The notes beneath the pieces were generated by a model. The model was not told the DNA's origin. It saw only the letters and a list, made by a program, of their open reading frames with translations, and ran no database searches. The position numbers and the translations under genes were made by a program. From NCBI RefSeq assembly GCF_006345805.1, contig NC_043002.1:71858001-71922000 (forward strand): DNA of 64,000 nucleotides, given 5' to 3'. Of this stretch, positions 40,371 to 54,115 are shown piece after piece. Each line of letters begins with the position of its first letter. Position 1 is the stretch's first letter. This stretch comes from Octopus sinensis (lineage: Eukaryota).

Positions 40371-40544
40371 TATGTGTGTGTTTTGGTGAACTATAGTCAC
40401 CCAACAAGTATGTCCCTGTGACTTCGGCATTACATTTCCTAATAAAGCTATAGGCACCTCCACAAAACGGAATATTGGGCATGTAACACCAGAGATGCTC
40501 TGGTCAGCTACATTATTTAAATATCACTGCAAATGGAAATACAT

Positions 40545-40722
40545 CAGAGATGCTGTACTCTTTCGCCCCAACTTTCTCTCACTCTCTCTCTCTTCTTGTT
40601 TCATAAGTAACGCTGCGATGGACCGGCGTCCCGTCCAGCTGTGGGGAAAATACGCCACAGAAACCGAGAAACCGGGCCCATGAGTCTGGCTAGGCTTGAA
40701 AAGGGCGCATAAATAAATAAAA
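40545..40722 (+). mobile_element. Headless group C variant SINE
   Basis: gctgtactctttcgccccaac...gatggaccggcgtcccgtccag shared with 24097-24403. Confidence 0.65.
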
Positions 40723-40959
40723 TATACGTACGTACATACATACATACATACATACATACATACATACATACATACATACATACATACATAATACATACAT
40801 ACATGCATACATACATACATATGTATACATATATTTACAAACATCTCAAAAGTGAATAGGCAACCCTCATTATATCGTTTTATTTGAGTGGTGTTATTTT
40901 TCCTTAAATTTGCAATATGTAAATTGCTTACAGCATCAAACCAAGCTGCGAACTCTAGA

Positions 40960-41300
40960 GGTAAAGCAGTCGTCTCATTTTCAAAGAAGGCGTAGTGTGA
41001 GTCATTTTCAGGGTGGATTTAGCCAGCGTAAGATTGCACAAATTCTTGGGATTCCCGCTGTTAAATCAACAGATTTATCAGCAAACGAAAGCACCCAAAT
41101 GTATCCTGCTCAAGTCAATCTGAGCTCTCAGACAGGTCTGTTTACCGTGGTCAAATAGATTGTTGAAAAATGAAAATAAACACCTTTGAATGGCAGCTGA
41201 TATCGGAAACCAACTCCAAATAGGTCAGAGTGTTACTGAGTATTTCCATAAACTTGGTTATTTATGGCAGAGTAGCTAGAAGGAAACCCTTTTTCAACTA
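40960..41300 (+). pseudogene. Tc1-like transposase N-terminal remnant
   Basis: GFSQRKIAQILGI and YGRVARRKPFF match the Tc1 paired-like DNA-binding region and GRVARKKP motif. Confidence 0.7.
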
Positions 41301-41565
41301 GTAAATATTCAATGAAGAAAAGACAAATGAAATTTTATACAATAATGCTTTACATTTGGTTTCGAGGTGTTTATGTACATGAATACGTAATACATACATT
41401 CATATATACACAGCTGTATATTTATCTTTTAAATTTGTTTGTGGGAAACTTTTTGAAAATGCCAGTAAAGCTCCTATTCTATTATGCCGGCCACAGTCTA
41501 ATGATGCTGATTAGTGAGCCAGTTTTGGGGGTTGTATGAAGCTGTACTGATATAATGTAAGATAA

Positions 41566-41568
<3 letters not shown>

Positions 41569-41630
<62 letters not shown>

Positions 41631-41990
41631 GATGCAGTACCAGGCAGTGGCTCTCGTGGCTTCTGATCTTAAATGATTGGAAGTGTTATCATGTGCATTG
41701 TTTTGTCTTGGTATAAAAGATGGGTTACAGCAAATATTTTGCTCAATACCACATATTTGATTGTCAGTTGTTTGACTTTAACCAGTTGACCATGTCCCAT
41801 AGTGGTTGACGATATATGCATCTTTCATCATAAGTAGAAGTAGTGGGGGAGCATCATAGCCATGTGTTGAGAGGAATTCTTTGGGGTTTGGATAATTCAC
41901 CTTCGGAAACATGGGTGTTTCGTTCAACATCCTAAAACAATCCTTATTCAGGGACCTTTTGAGTGGGATGGGCTACTCGAATTTCAACAT
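41569..41990 (-). mobile_element. Probable retroelement 3' end with (ATT)n tail
   Basis: (AAT)n at 41569-41630 abuts non-coding sequence ending, on the minus strand, ...ccactgcctggtactgcatct; family not identified. Confidence 0.45.
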
Positions 41991-42371
41991 TGATTTTCTT
42001 CTTACATTTCACTTCCACTAGATGTATCTTTTTCCAAGCCTTTAAGCTTTTATTTAATTCACATATCACTCAATATTTCTCATTTATTAGTTTTCTGCTT
42101 GTTTCTTTCCTTTACCCCTCCTCTGTCTACAGGCTACCTTTGACGTTATATTCTCTAACGTTTTTTAGAAAAGACTTAATAGCGTTCCGTTCATCATTAT
42201 ACACATCCATCACATTCTGTAAAAATGCCTTATTGATGAATTTAGTTTCTTTTTTTTCTTTCTCTGATGAGAAGATTACATTGTTTTACACCATTTTATT
42301 CCTTGGGAATAATACCAATGTTTTTTTCGAAACATGTGTCGGAAGCAAAGGTATTTGAATAAAACCTGCGT

Positions 42372-42702
<331 letters not shown>

Positions 42703-43910
42703 ATACACACACATATATATATATATACGACGGACTACCAAATCCACCCACAAGGCATCGGTCGCTCGAAGCTCTAGTAGAAATCACATGCCCAAGGTAA
42801 CAATCAGTGGGACTGAACCCAGAACCATGTAGTTGGGAAGCATGCTTCTTATCACACTACTGACCCGAGTCCCTGTCAAAGAATTATCCGATCATTTAAA
42901 TTGTATAAATTGCTAGCCGTTACTAGCAGGAAAATATGATCTGGTATCACGCACCATGCTTTCACTAATCGTTTTAGGCATCTGTCTAGTCGCAAGCAGA
43001 GAACCATCCTCTCGGCCGCCCCACCTTTGACCAGTCACAGTCAAAAGAAGGGGAAAGAGCCGCACCAGTAGTCGGTTGGTACTCACATTTTGCCAAGCAA
43101 ATTGAATGATGTGCCCTATGGAAGGACACAACGGGTCGCCCAATTCAGAAACCGAACTTATGACCTTATCATTCGTGAGCTCAAATGTCCTAATCACTAC
43201 GCCTCGTGAGACAGAAAACTCAGTTCTAGACGAAACAATTTCCACACACACACTTTCACTTTCACTCTCTCTCTCTCTTTCCCTCTTTCTCTCAACACGC
43301 ACACATACATACACACATATATCGGTTTCATTTCAGTGGGTATAATAACGTATATGGCGTGAGAGTCTGTTGATTTGCATATAACCACGTTTATATATAC
43401 ACCCCCAGAGCATTAACGGTGTGAAATATAAATCATTTCAACGGATAATCGGGAACTGTCGCGCTCAGTAGATGCATATATATTATTATGTAAATATATG
43501 TATATAAGTTTGTACTGTGAATCAATATGTCAATACACCCAAACATACACCCACCCACCCACACACCCATACACACACACATACACACCCACATATATGT
43601 GTGTGTGCGTGCGTGTGTGCCTGTGTGTGTCTCTGTCTGTGTGTGTGGGTGTCTGTGACTGTGTATGTGTTTATACCCACATGTAGTTGGTTCAATAAGT
43701 CCTTGGCTAAATGAGAATAAAAAAATCAATCACTAAGTTCCTATAACAAATAAAGCGCAACATACATAGTTATTATTTCTCTTACTAACTGTCTAAATTT
43801 TCAAGTTATTTCTTCCTATGTACAAGATTACCAAAAGACCTTTTTCAAAGAAATATCGTCCACAATTGTCGAGAAATTGCCCTACGGATTGCTTAATCTC
43901 ATCGTTTTAA

Positions 43911-44310
43911 GGCGGCGAGCTGGCAGAATCGTTAGCACGCCGGGCGAAATGCTTAGCGGTATTTCGTCTGCCGCTTCGTTCTGAGTTCAAATTCCGCCGA
44001 GGTCGACTTTGCTTTTCATCCTTTCGGGGTCGATTAAATAAGTACCAGTTACGCACTGGGGTCGATATGATCGACTTGATCCGTTTACCTGTCCTTGTTT
44101 GTCCTCTCTGTCTTTAGCCCCTTGTGGGTAGTAAAGAAATAGGTATTTCGTCTGCCGCTACGTTCTGAGTTCAAATTCCGCCGAGGTCGAATTTGCCTTT
44201 CATCCTTTCGGGGTTGATAAATTAAGTACCAGTTACGTACTGGGGTCGATTTAATTGACTGACCCCCCTGCCCCCAAATTTCGGGGCTTGTGCCTAGAGT
44301 AGAAAAGAAT
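43911..44310 (+). mobile_element. Group B SINE pair (B2 then truncated B1)
   Basis: Head ggcggcgagctggcagaatcgttagcacg; B2 tail ends at 44142; second body starts gtatttcgtc; ends cctagagtagaaaagaat. Confidence 0.92.
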
Positions 44311-44619
44311 CTCATTTCAAAAATATATTCCCACCAAATGATTTTTAATATGACAAAATATCACATTTTCTTTTGAGCGAGATTTGAACTTCACAGTAGA
44401 TATAGGAGCACGACAAAGGTAACAGATTCACTTATTGAAGTAAAAAAAAAAGTCAACAGCCGTATGAATAGGTGCTTCGTAGTGAATATAACAAATATAT
44501 TTCTGAACCTTGAGAACTTTCACTTCATATTTTCTTCTAGATCACTCAAGCAAGTGGTATTCAGCTTTGCAAATTTTCTGGGAAAATACAAATGTATTAC
44601 ACTGTAAAGTTCCAAAGAT

Positions 44620-44991
44620 ATTCTTTTCTACTCTAGGCACAAGGACCAGAATTTTGGGGGAGGGGCTAGTCGATTAGATCAACCTCAGTACGCAACTGGA
44701 AATTAATTTATCGACCTGAAAGGCAAAGTCGACCTAGGTGGAATTTGAACTCAGAACGTAGCCTATTTCTTTACTACCCACAAGGGGCTAAACACAGAGA
44801 GGACAAACAAGGACAGACAAATGGATTAAGTCGATTATATTGACCCTAGTGCGTAACTGATACTTATTTAATCGACCTCGAATGGATGAAAGGCAAAGTC
44901 AACCTCGTTGGAATTTGAACTCAGAACATAGCGGCAGACGAAACACCGCTAGGCATTTCGCCCGGCGTGCTGACGATTCTGCCAGCTCGCC
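44620..44991 (-). mobile_element. Group B SINE pair (B2 then truncated B1), inverted relative to 43911
   Basis: Reverse complement of the same two-part structure, junction near 44761. Confidence 0.92.
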
Positions 44992-45654
44992 GACTTAACG
45001 TTCCAAAGGTATTAAATGTATCATTTGTTATTTGTAATTGGTTTGTGTTGTGAGAATCTTCAGTTTTTTTCCTTCTTGTTTTTTCGTCTTGAGAAATTTC
45101 TACCACTGGAGAATGTCTTATTTTCTATCTGTGTCATGCGTTATGATATTTGTTTAGTAAAAGCAACTCCACGAGTTTCCCAGATTTATAAAATATTAGA
45201 ACAAGTTGATGCGTGCCACAGGCAGGTGACAATCAGACCGCGTGGCATTGACAAAGTCTCAACAAAGGCGAAACGAGACTAAGTTTCTCATAAGTCACAG
45301 CAGCGATGATATCCTTCTCTCTCTTTATATATATATATATATTGTGTTTTTAATAGAACAAGTCTCTGGAGAGATTTTAACTCAGACGACTACTCAGCAT
45401 CAAGCCTTCAAACGGTTTATACATTTAGTATGATACGCAAGCGGTCACTAATACAACTGTTTCATTGCTACACCAATTAAAAAGAGAAAGTAAAATCTTG
45501 AAATTAGCTTCAATAAAATTTTAAACTACGTGAACACTTGCATTGAACTGGTACGATAGTCATGAGATACCTCGTCTCTTTTCTTTTCTACTACAAATTT
45601 TATGGAAGAATCCATAAATGTTTCTTCATTTTTGTTTGTTTGTCGTCTAATCTT

Positions 45655-46082
45655 GGATGTTTTCGGTTTGAACGGCATTTTTTTCTAGCGGTGTCATATG
45701 AAATTGTCACCCATAATTATGACTCTAGTATCGATCTATTGCATTTCAATCTGTTTTAGGGTTAGGGTTAGTTAGGGTTAGGGTTAGGGTTAGGGGAAGG
45801 GTATCTGTTTTTCTTCACAAATGTAAATAAACCCAATCTGTTTCTTAAACGAGGGACATATTCATACGGCACAGAATGTTTTTAACTCAATAGACGTCAT
45901 TGATTGGTTGAAATTGCCGAAATTGAAGAAAAACAACAACAAATATCTTACAAACTATAGAATGTTCTCAAGCCAAGAGAAAAAGATGTTTTAGAAACAC
46001 ATTCTACCAGTATACGAAGTTTAAAAGTGTTTAATTACGTGGAAATTATTTTTAAAAACTGCCGTTCAAACCGAAAAGGTCC
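45655..46082. mobile_element. MITE with 23-bp TIRs, 8-bp TSD and internal (TTAGGG)n
   Basis: ggatgttttcggtttgaacggca / tgccgttcaaaccgaaaaggtcc; ctaatctt at 45647-45654 and 46083-46090; TTAGGG run at 45756-45795. Confidence 0.85.
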
Positions 46083-47388
46083 CTAATCTTTTCTTTATTT
46101 TTTGCACAGCTAATACCACTTTTTAACCTTCTATTGGGAAGGTGTGCGCTAGTATTTAGAGGGCTCCTCTCATGATCACAATATCAAGGTTTCGATTCCA
46201 AGACCGAATTGGGAGATTCGTTGTGTTCTTGAACAGTACACTTCATTTCACGTTGCTCCAGTCTACACAGTTTTTAATTTACCCGGCAATGGATTAGCGT
46301 CTCGTTCAGTAGAAGTGTTGTCAGCCCCGTCACTTATACACCATAGAAAGCGGGTAACTGGCCCTAAGTGAGTCGAAATAGTACTTTTATTTTCATTGCT
46401 TATCGTAATATTCACAATAGTAGGCGTTGAGGCAATACATTGGTATGTCACAGTATTTCAAACATTATTTTCCCTGGAATTTGTTTAAGTATCAATACAT
46501 GATATTCTGCATTTTACAAATAAAATTATAAAATAAACATCACTTTCAATAAAAATATAAAAAAGCGATACATTAAGAGAAATTTCTTATTTTACGTTCA
46601 ACAATTTATGTTCCGCTATTTCTTCTACAAACAATAAATTATTTCAGGATATTATTTTAATGGTATATATATGTATGAATGTGTCTGCGTGGGTGTGTAT
46701 CTGCGTGTGGGAGTTGCTTCTCAATGTTTAACTTACATGTGTGTGTACGGTATAGATGTGATAAACAATAGTTGACATTGAACCCGAGACAAAATGTGTT
46801 TTATCATCATAAAGGATGTGAGTTACTCTTCTTAATTCTCTCTCTCTCTCTCTCTCCCTGTATCTCTTTCTCATCATGCACACAAACAGAATTACTTAAA
46901 TACATGCTCCCACACGCATATATACATAACTTTAGTGTACATTTAAAATACAAAAGAGGCGTCCCTTAACAGGCAGCCGTACATGCTAGAAGGACCAGTC
47001 AAAACGACCAAAACCACATCAAGAACAATTTCGAAGGAAATGAAAAATAAAATCTTTTACCTTGTTTTTTTTTTACAGCCATACCTAGATTTCGAACTCT
47101 AATTAGCAAATAAAATAATTTGCTAGGCGACGTTCTCATCAGTGGCTACGCCAAAACAATAACATAATTTAGAGACAGAATAACACGTGTGTTTAAATGT
47201 GTGTGTATGTATGTATGTGTATATATATATATATATATGTGTGTGTGTGGTGTGTGTGTGTGTGTATGTATGTATATATGAAAATTGAATAATCAGAAAA
47301 TGCAGGAAACTTTTGATCAACAAACAAACAAATTGAACCACATCAGTAGATTATTTTTTGATACTAGACATGACATAACATTTCTTAC

Positions 47389-47484
47389 CGCCGTTTCTGC
47401 TTCCAATGTTAGTCGGTGCCTACGAAAAAAATTCCGAAAATAATATTCGTCATCTTCATAGCACATTCGATCTAGTACATGGAG
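47389..47484 (-). CDS. Candidate internal exon, product unknown (LHVLDRMCYEDDEYYFRNFFRRHRLTLEAETA)
   Basis: Open 96-bp frame, upstream pyrimidine tract, donor GCG|GTAAGA; the acceptor is weak and a hammerhead-type reading is also possible. Confidence 0.2.
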
Positions 47485-48742
47485 CTTCATCAGAGTGAAT
47501 ACAAATGCGTAAAACAAAACAAACGAAAGGAAGAGGGAATAGGGAAGAACAAGAACTCGGGAAGAGGCAAGAAAGCCCATAGACCATCCTACTCCGAGGA
47601 GCAGAGATCTGCGTAATACAGGTAGTAAAAGTAAAGACATTAGTGACTCAGTTTATGAATCAGCGGCTGAGGGAAGGTGGTGAGCGACATCATATTAATC
47701 AGTCGAGCTATCTTTATGCTCTCCGGGATTTCTGTAGATGTAATAGCAACGTTGTTTACAATGTGGAAGTAGTATTCTATCGGTCATGTTTCCATCCCTT
47801 AAGACGTTTCAGAAATTAATGATTGCTGAAGTATGTGCCATCCCTAATGAAGACTGTCATGGTTATGCAGTATTTATCGACGTTGTAGACTCAGGATCTC
47901 CATGACAAGATTCGAAACATTGACATCACAGCCACCCGTGCTCTCAGCAACGTGATATTGTACCTCAAGAGGTTTATATACAAAGCGAAATCTACGAAGA
48001 TTATTCATTTTATGCAACGCATCGTGTATCTTACAAAGTATTTTATGGGTATTGCGAACATGCGGGCATCTTAGAGAGGTTGATGGGTTTGAGAGCTTAA
48101 ATTAAAAGAAACCAAAGAGAGTACATAGCATGATGTTGTCAGTCCAGATACAAAGAGGCGTAAAATTCCAATAGAATTACGCCCTACACGCTGGAAACAA
48201 ATGAACATTATTTGTATCGGCAGAACCTAAGTAATTAATATTTCATTTGAACAGCTGCAAGTTGCCGAATGCAGAAAAATATGGGCGAGAACGATTTTTA
48301 AAGATTTGACGCCTTAGATAAGAAAAAGCAGTTGTAATGCTCAGTTCGTTCAATCCCGGATATCTCGAAGGAGTTAGGATAGCCAGAGCAGAAATATATT
48401 TCCTCATAGTTCTGCCTGACTAGGGCTGACCTACGGTAAATAACATCAACGATAGAAAAATAAAACTGTTTCATATAAATGGAATAAATTCTTTCAATAT
48501 ATGTTTGTCTCACTTGAAAACACGCCATGTCTCTCTTTTGCCATGTAATACATGTTATGTGGTGCATAAGCGTGAAGCCGGGAATTTTACATAACGTATA
48601 GTGGTTTTAGATCTCATTTCAGCGGACGGCATCTCAGTAAAACTTCTATCATGGCTTCCAGGGGACCGATAATTGTTAAGTGGAATTGAATTCAGTAAAC
48701 GCAAACCGTACCGAGGGTCGTTATATGAGTGTCTGTGCTTTT

Positions 48743-48790
<48 letters not shown>

Positions 48791-49002
48791 ATGTGTGAGA
48801 GAGGGACAGATAGGGAGGGAGGGAAGGAAGGAAGAAGAGAGAAAGATTGAGATGTATGTATATGAGTGTGTGAAACTGTGTACACGTGTAAGTGTCCATA
48901 TATGTGCGTGAGTGCGTCAATATATTGAACGTCAATACTAACGTCGAATAATTAGTTAGAGTGCCATTAAGCATACTGTATGCAATACATACGTAAACAC
49001 AT

Positions 49003-49106
<104 letters not shown>

Positions 49107-49626
49107 GATTATTGATTAAAACGTTCTTTTGATCAGTGATGCGACAATTCTCTCATGCACAAGAGAATTTCTGTTCACAGTTAGATTTGGTGTTTTCCTT
49201 TAACATAACATAATAAGCATAAAGCACATTTCATCAAGTAACGTTCGCAGAAATGAAATCCTGAAGGAAACTAAGGCTTTCATATTCGTACGCACTGACC
49301 CTTTCGGATTCTCATCTATTATGTTAATTCAGGGACCAACCTCGAACGGTGACTGCGATTTATAATGTAGAAATAACATCCTCTGTATAATCCTCAACAC
49401 AGAGTTTTATTTGTTCGGTAAATACTTAGAAACTTCCAAAACATTGGCTTTTAGTCATACTTGCTTTTCACCCGTTTCTAGTTTGAAGTACGCTCGCCAT
49501 AAATATCGCGAGAGATAAATTTAAGAAGATATTTGCATGTTTTTTGTTTTGTTTTTTGTTTGTTTGTTTGTTTTTGTTTCGTTTCTCTTGCTGTTTCGCT
49601 TTGTACGTTTTGTTTCTTTACAATAC

Positions 49627-49783
49627 CTGTTTGACATTCTCCGATTGTGACACGCGCCAAAGATTTGGAGTTAATCTTCCGATAAATTGATGCTGCCACA
49701 CCATTTCCATTTCCACTTTTATCTCTTTTACGTCATTTATATCACAAATCCCTGAACGTTTATACTCCATGTTCTCTCCTTTC
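49627..49783 (-). CDS. Candidate internal exon, product unknown (KGENMEYKRSGICDINDVKEIKVE...SENVKQ)
   Basis: Acceptor ttaacttcag|, donor cag|gtattg, one open frame of 157 bp; no recognised homology. Confidence 0.25.
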
Positions 49784-50639
49784 CTGAAGTTAATAGGGCT
49801 AAACAACCGTTGACAGATAGCATTGATAAAAAAAATCAATAAACAGATTGTGTTTGAAGCACCTATTTTGTATGTACCATTACAAAGTGTGCTGTAAAAC
49901 AAAGCGTATTGACTCTTCACAGTTTGTAGCAATTTCACATTTGCGTATAATGGATTTTAAGAAAAAAATCATAAACGATGCAACTCTTTTCTATCCTCTG
50001 AGACTAATATAGTTGATTGAAAAGATTAAGAAATATACTGTGTATACAGTATGTCCATAAATTATCTTTCAAACTTGCGCAACTTATTGTATCAAATTGT
50101 AAGGGTAATTTATGGATAATCTGTTGTATCGCATTACTCTGTGGAGTAGTCAAATATTTACACTTCCATCTTATTTTAGCTAACGCCAGTGGGGGCAGGG
50201 AGTCTGTTTTACAAATAAGAGGAATGGAGAATTAATATTACACATAAAAGTACATCGTCAGGAAAGATAGAAATATCACAATTCCTATTTATAAAACTCT
50301 ATAAAACGTAACTGAGTACATAGAAGGGCTTGCATCCATCCGCATTTACTCACGCATTGAAATTAGGCCCAAAATGCATTTTAGAAAAGAACACACCAAA
50401 TATACTTTTCCGAGAAATTTAATTATATCACAACAACAATATTTAAAAATACATGCAATAGTTACGATAATTATCGTAATGAGTATGATATGATGACGAT
50501 AGAAATTAATAATCATTAATAATAATCATTTTTGCAGTAGGGATATGGCTCACGATGTGTGTGTGCGTTAGAGGGAGAAAGAGAGTGCTTGTATGTATAT
50601 GTATGCATATGTGTGCATGTATATACACAGAGATGTATG

Positions 50640-50680
<41 letters not shown>

Positions 50681-50836
50681 GTATTGGAATATTACATATA
50701 TACCATTCTGCCTAAAAAATGGATCTACAAATTCAATATACCCATACATATCACACATCTATTTTCTTTCCTCCACCTCACTCTCTTTTTTTGTATCCTA
50801 TCTAAACTAACTATTACTTAACCAGCTTCTCACACC

Positions 50837-50888
50837 GTCTCCGATGAAGGGATATAATTAATAAATATCCTGGAAACAGCTGTAAGAC
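50837..50888 (+). ncRNA. Type I hammerhead-like motif with core variant CCGAUGA (family F4)
   Basis: gtct CCGATGA ag ggatat aattaataa atatcc tg GAAA c agct gt a agac: stem I gtct/agac, palindromic ACAGCTGT; the base of stem II is imperfect. Confidence 0.6.
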
Positions 50889-50996
50889 ATCTATAAATGT
50901 TTTAATATCTACACACCCTTGGGGTTTTTTATCTCATAACGCAAAAAATTCTTATATATATATATATATTGTTTCTTTTATGTGAAATTGTCGTAT

Positions 50997-51420
50997 ACTC
51001 TTTACTCTTTACTCTTTTAATCTTTTACTTGTTTCAGTCATGTGACTGTGGTCATGCTGGAGCACCGCCTTTCGTTGAGCAAATCGACCCCAGGTCATAT
51101 TCTATGGAAGCCTAGTACTTATTCTATCGGTATCTTTTGCCGAACCGCTAAGTGACGGGGACGTAAATACACCAGCATCGGTTGTCAAGCGATGTTGGGG
51201 GGACAAACACAGACACAAACATATACACACACATACCAAAATATATACATATATACGACGGGCTTCTTTCACTTTCCGTCTACCAAATCCACTCACAAGG
51301 CTTTGGTCGGCCCGAGGCTAGAGTAGAAGACACTTGCACAAGGTGCCAGGCACTGGGACTGAACCCAGAACCATGTGGTTGGTAAGCAAGCTACTTACCA
51401 CACAGCCACTCCTACGCCTA
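50997..51420 (-). mobile_element. Group A SINE
   Basis: Reverse complement of the 32701 copy. Confidence 0.92.
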
Positions 51421-52089
51421 TATGTTCAACTTTGGTCAAATTAGTTTTTCCAATACTTACTTTTGCTTGAAAAGCCGGTTCTTTTGTTCAAACTATGGTA
51501 TCTCCAGGTGCTTCAGATGCCAAGATATTAAAAAAAAATTGTCAAAGTGTGGTACAACGATTTTGCTACGGAATGGTGAAACTGTTTTTTTTTTTCTTTT
51601 CTGAAAAAGTGACGTTTTGGACTTACAACACTTTTGCATAACAGCAACCATGTATGTGTGTGTGTGTGTGTCTGGTTGTGTGTATGTATATATATATCAA
51701 ACAAATGAACTTGAACACGCACAAAGTGTATATAAGATTTATTTATATCAAAGTTCATATATCTAACCGGTTACATATTTGTATGATTTACGAAAGTGTA
51801 TGTTTTGCGGCACGTGGAGTTGCATCGCAAATGGTATTGTTTCTGTTTATGCAAACACATCTATTGCTCCGAATCACTACTAGCCTGAAGATTTTGTGTG
51901 CATACAAATGAAAGACGGTGTGACAATAGGCTGAGTAGACCGAATTAAAATATTGGCATTAGGTACTCTTTTTTCCAATAGTTAATACTAAAATGGATAT
52001 AGATAGAAAGACAGAAAGACAGATAGATAGATAGGTAGATAGATAGATAGAGACAGACAGACAGACAGACAGACAGAGACAGAGAGGGA

Positions 52090-52932
52090 TAGGCGTAGCT
52101 GTGTGGTAAGAAGTTCGCATCTCAAGCACGTGCTTCCAAGTTCAGTCCTGCTGCGTGGCATCTTGCTCTAGTGTCTACTATTATAGCCTAGGACGAGTTT
52201 GGTAGGTGGAAACTGAAAGAAGCCCGCCGTATATGTATGTATGTGTGTGTGGGTATGAGAGTGTGTATATGAGTGAGTGTGTGTGTGTGTGTATGTGTGT
52301 GTATGTGTGTGTGTGTATTTATGTCCTTGTATCTGCGCTTGGCCCCACCACTGCTTGACAACCGGTCTCGGGCTGTTTACGTTCCCATAAGGATTTGGCA
52401 AAAAAAAGACTGATAGAATAAGTACCAAGCTTTAAGAAAATTAGTCCTGGAGTTGATTGATTCGACTAAAACCGTTCAACGCGGTGCCCCAGTATGGCTG
52501 CAGTCAAATGACTGAAACAAGTAAAAAATAAATGGCTGTGTGGTATAGTAGCTTGCTTACCAACCACATGGTTCCGGCTTCAGTCCCATTGCGTGGCACC
52601 TTGGGCATATGTCTTCTACTATAGCCTCGGGCCGACCAAAGCCTTGTGAGTGGATTTGGTAGACGGAAACTGAAAGAAGCCCGTCGTATATATGTATATA
52701 TATGTATGTGCATGTATGCTTGTGTGTCCGTGTTTGTCCCCCTAGCATTGCTTGACAACCGATGCTGGTATGTTTATGTCCCCGTCACTTAGCGGTTAGG
52801 CAAAAGAGACCGATAGAATAAGTACTGGGCTTACAAAGAATAAGTCCCGGGGTCGAGTTACTCGACTAAAGGCAGTGCTCCAGCATGGCCGCAGTCAAAT
52901 GACTGAAGCAAGTAAAAGAGAGTAAAAGAGTA
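52090..52932 (+). mobile_element. Two tandem group A SINEs (52090-52530, 52533-52932)
   Basis: Two successive head-to-tail copies, each ending aaatgactgaa.caagtaaaa. Confidence 0.92.
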
Positions 52933-52969
52933 TGTTTGATAGAATGTTTATATATATATATATATATAT

Positions 52970-53104
52970 ATCCACTCACAAGGCTTTGGTCGGCCCGAGG
53001 CTAGAGTAGAAGACACTTGCCCAAGGTGCCACGCAGTGGGACTGAACCTAGAACCATGTGGTTGGTAAGCAAGCTACTTACCACACAGCCACTCCTACGC
53101 CTAT
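52970..53104 (-). mobile_element. Group A SINE 5' half
   Basis: atccactcacaaggctttggtcggcccgagg...cacagccactcctacgcctata. Confidence 0.9.
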
Positions 53105-53161
53105 AACCGAAGAGATGGTGTTGTGGATTTCCACTCCGGAATCTGAAACTCAGAGTTTTAT
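53103..53161 (+). ncRNA. Hammerhead-like motif with core variant CCGAAGA (family F5)
   Basis: ataa CCGAAGA gat...atc t GAAA ctc a gag t t ttat; near-palindromic stem III ACTCAGAGT; extra U before GAAA. Confidence 0.5.
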
Positions 53162-53277
53162 CTTGACTATTGAGTAATGTAACATATTATTTTATAGATA
53201 AATTTCCTCTATTTACATAATATTGAGGTCTCTTTCTTTCTTTTGTTATCTTACCGTTTTTACCAATATATATATAT

Positions 53278-53378
<101 letters not shown>

Positions 53379-53766
53379 TATTTTCACCATCATTGGCCCC
53401 ACTTGTAGAGTAGCTTAATGTCTCTGCTATTCTGAGACAAAAAATTCTACTAGTAATTTGTAATTGTCTGTTATCTTCTGTTCCTTTCATTCAGTGGACT
53501 ACAGTTATCCTGGGACACCAATGAATTAATATCGAAAAATTTACCTTCTGTGTAAATAAACTTCACTGGTAAATGTTATATTTTGTTATATTTTCAAACC
53601 CCACTTGTCAAATCTATAGATTTTCCTTTCAAAAACTCTGTGTATTTTTTCCAAGAATTTTATATATAAATATTCGATGAATTGTTATGCTTCGCCTTGG
53701 ACAGAACATCGGTTTTCACAGGAATATATGGACTCTCTCTCTCACACACACACACACACATATACG

Positions 53767-53880
<114 letters not shown>

Positions 53881-53949
53881 GCATACATACAGAGAGAGAA
53901 AAAACCGAGAGAAAGAGAGAGAAAAAGAGGGAGACATGAATAGCATGGA

Positions 53950-54115
53950 ATAGGCGTAGATTTGGCTGTGTGGTTAAGAAGATTTGCAGCCGCGTGGTAT
54001 CAGGTTCGGTCCCACTGCGCAGCACCTTGAGCAACTGTCTTCTATTATAACTCCAGGCCGACCAAAGAGTTGTGAGTAAATTTGGTAGAGTGAAACTCTA
54101 TGGAATCCCCTTGTA
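53950..54115 (+). mobile_element. Degenerate group A SINE 5' half
   Basis: tggctgtgtggttaagaag...ggttcggtcccactgcgcagcaccttgagcaactgtcttctattata. Confidence 0.8.

Noticed and set aside
41963-42358. 131-aa hydrophobic ORF
   Set aside because: Its composition fits the antisense of an A-rich tract; the opposite strand may be a LINE remnant but I could not assign it.
45756-45795. Chromosome end or fusion scar
   Set aside because: Only about six units, enclosed within a TIR/TSD-bounded element.
53495-53568. Exon-like segment with good acceptor and GTAAAT donor
   Set aside because: Stops in all three frames.
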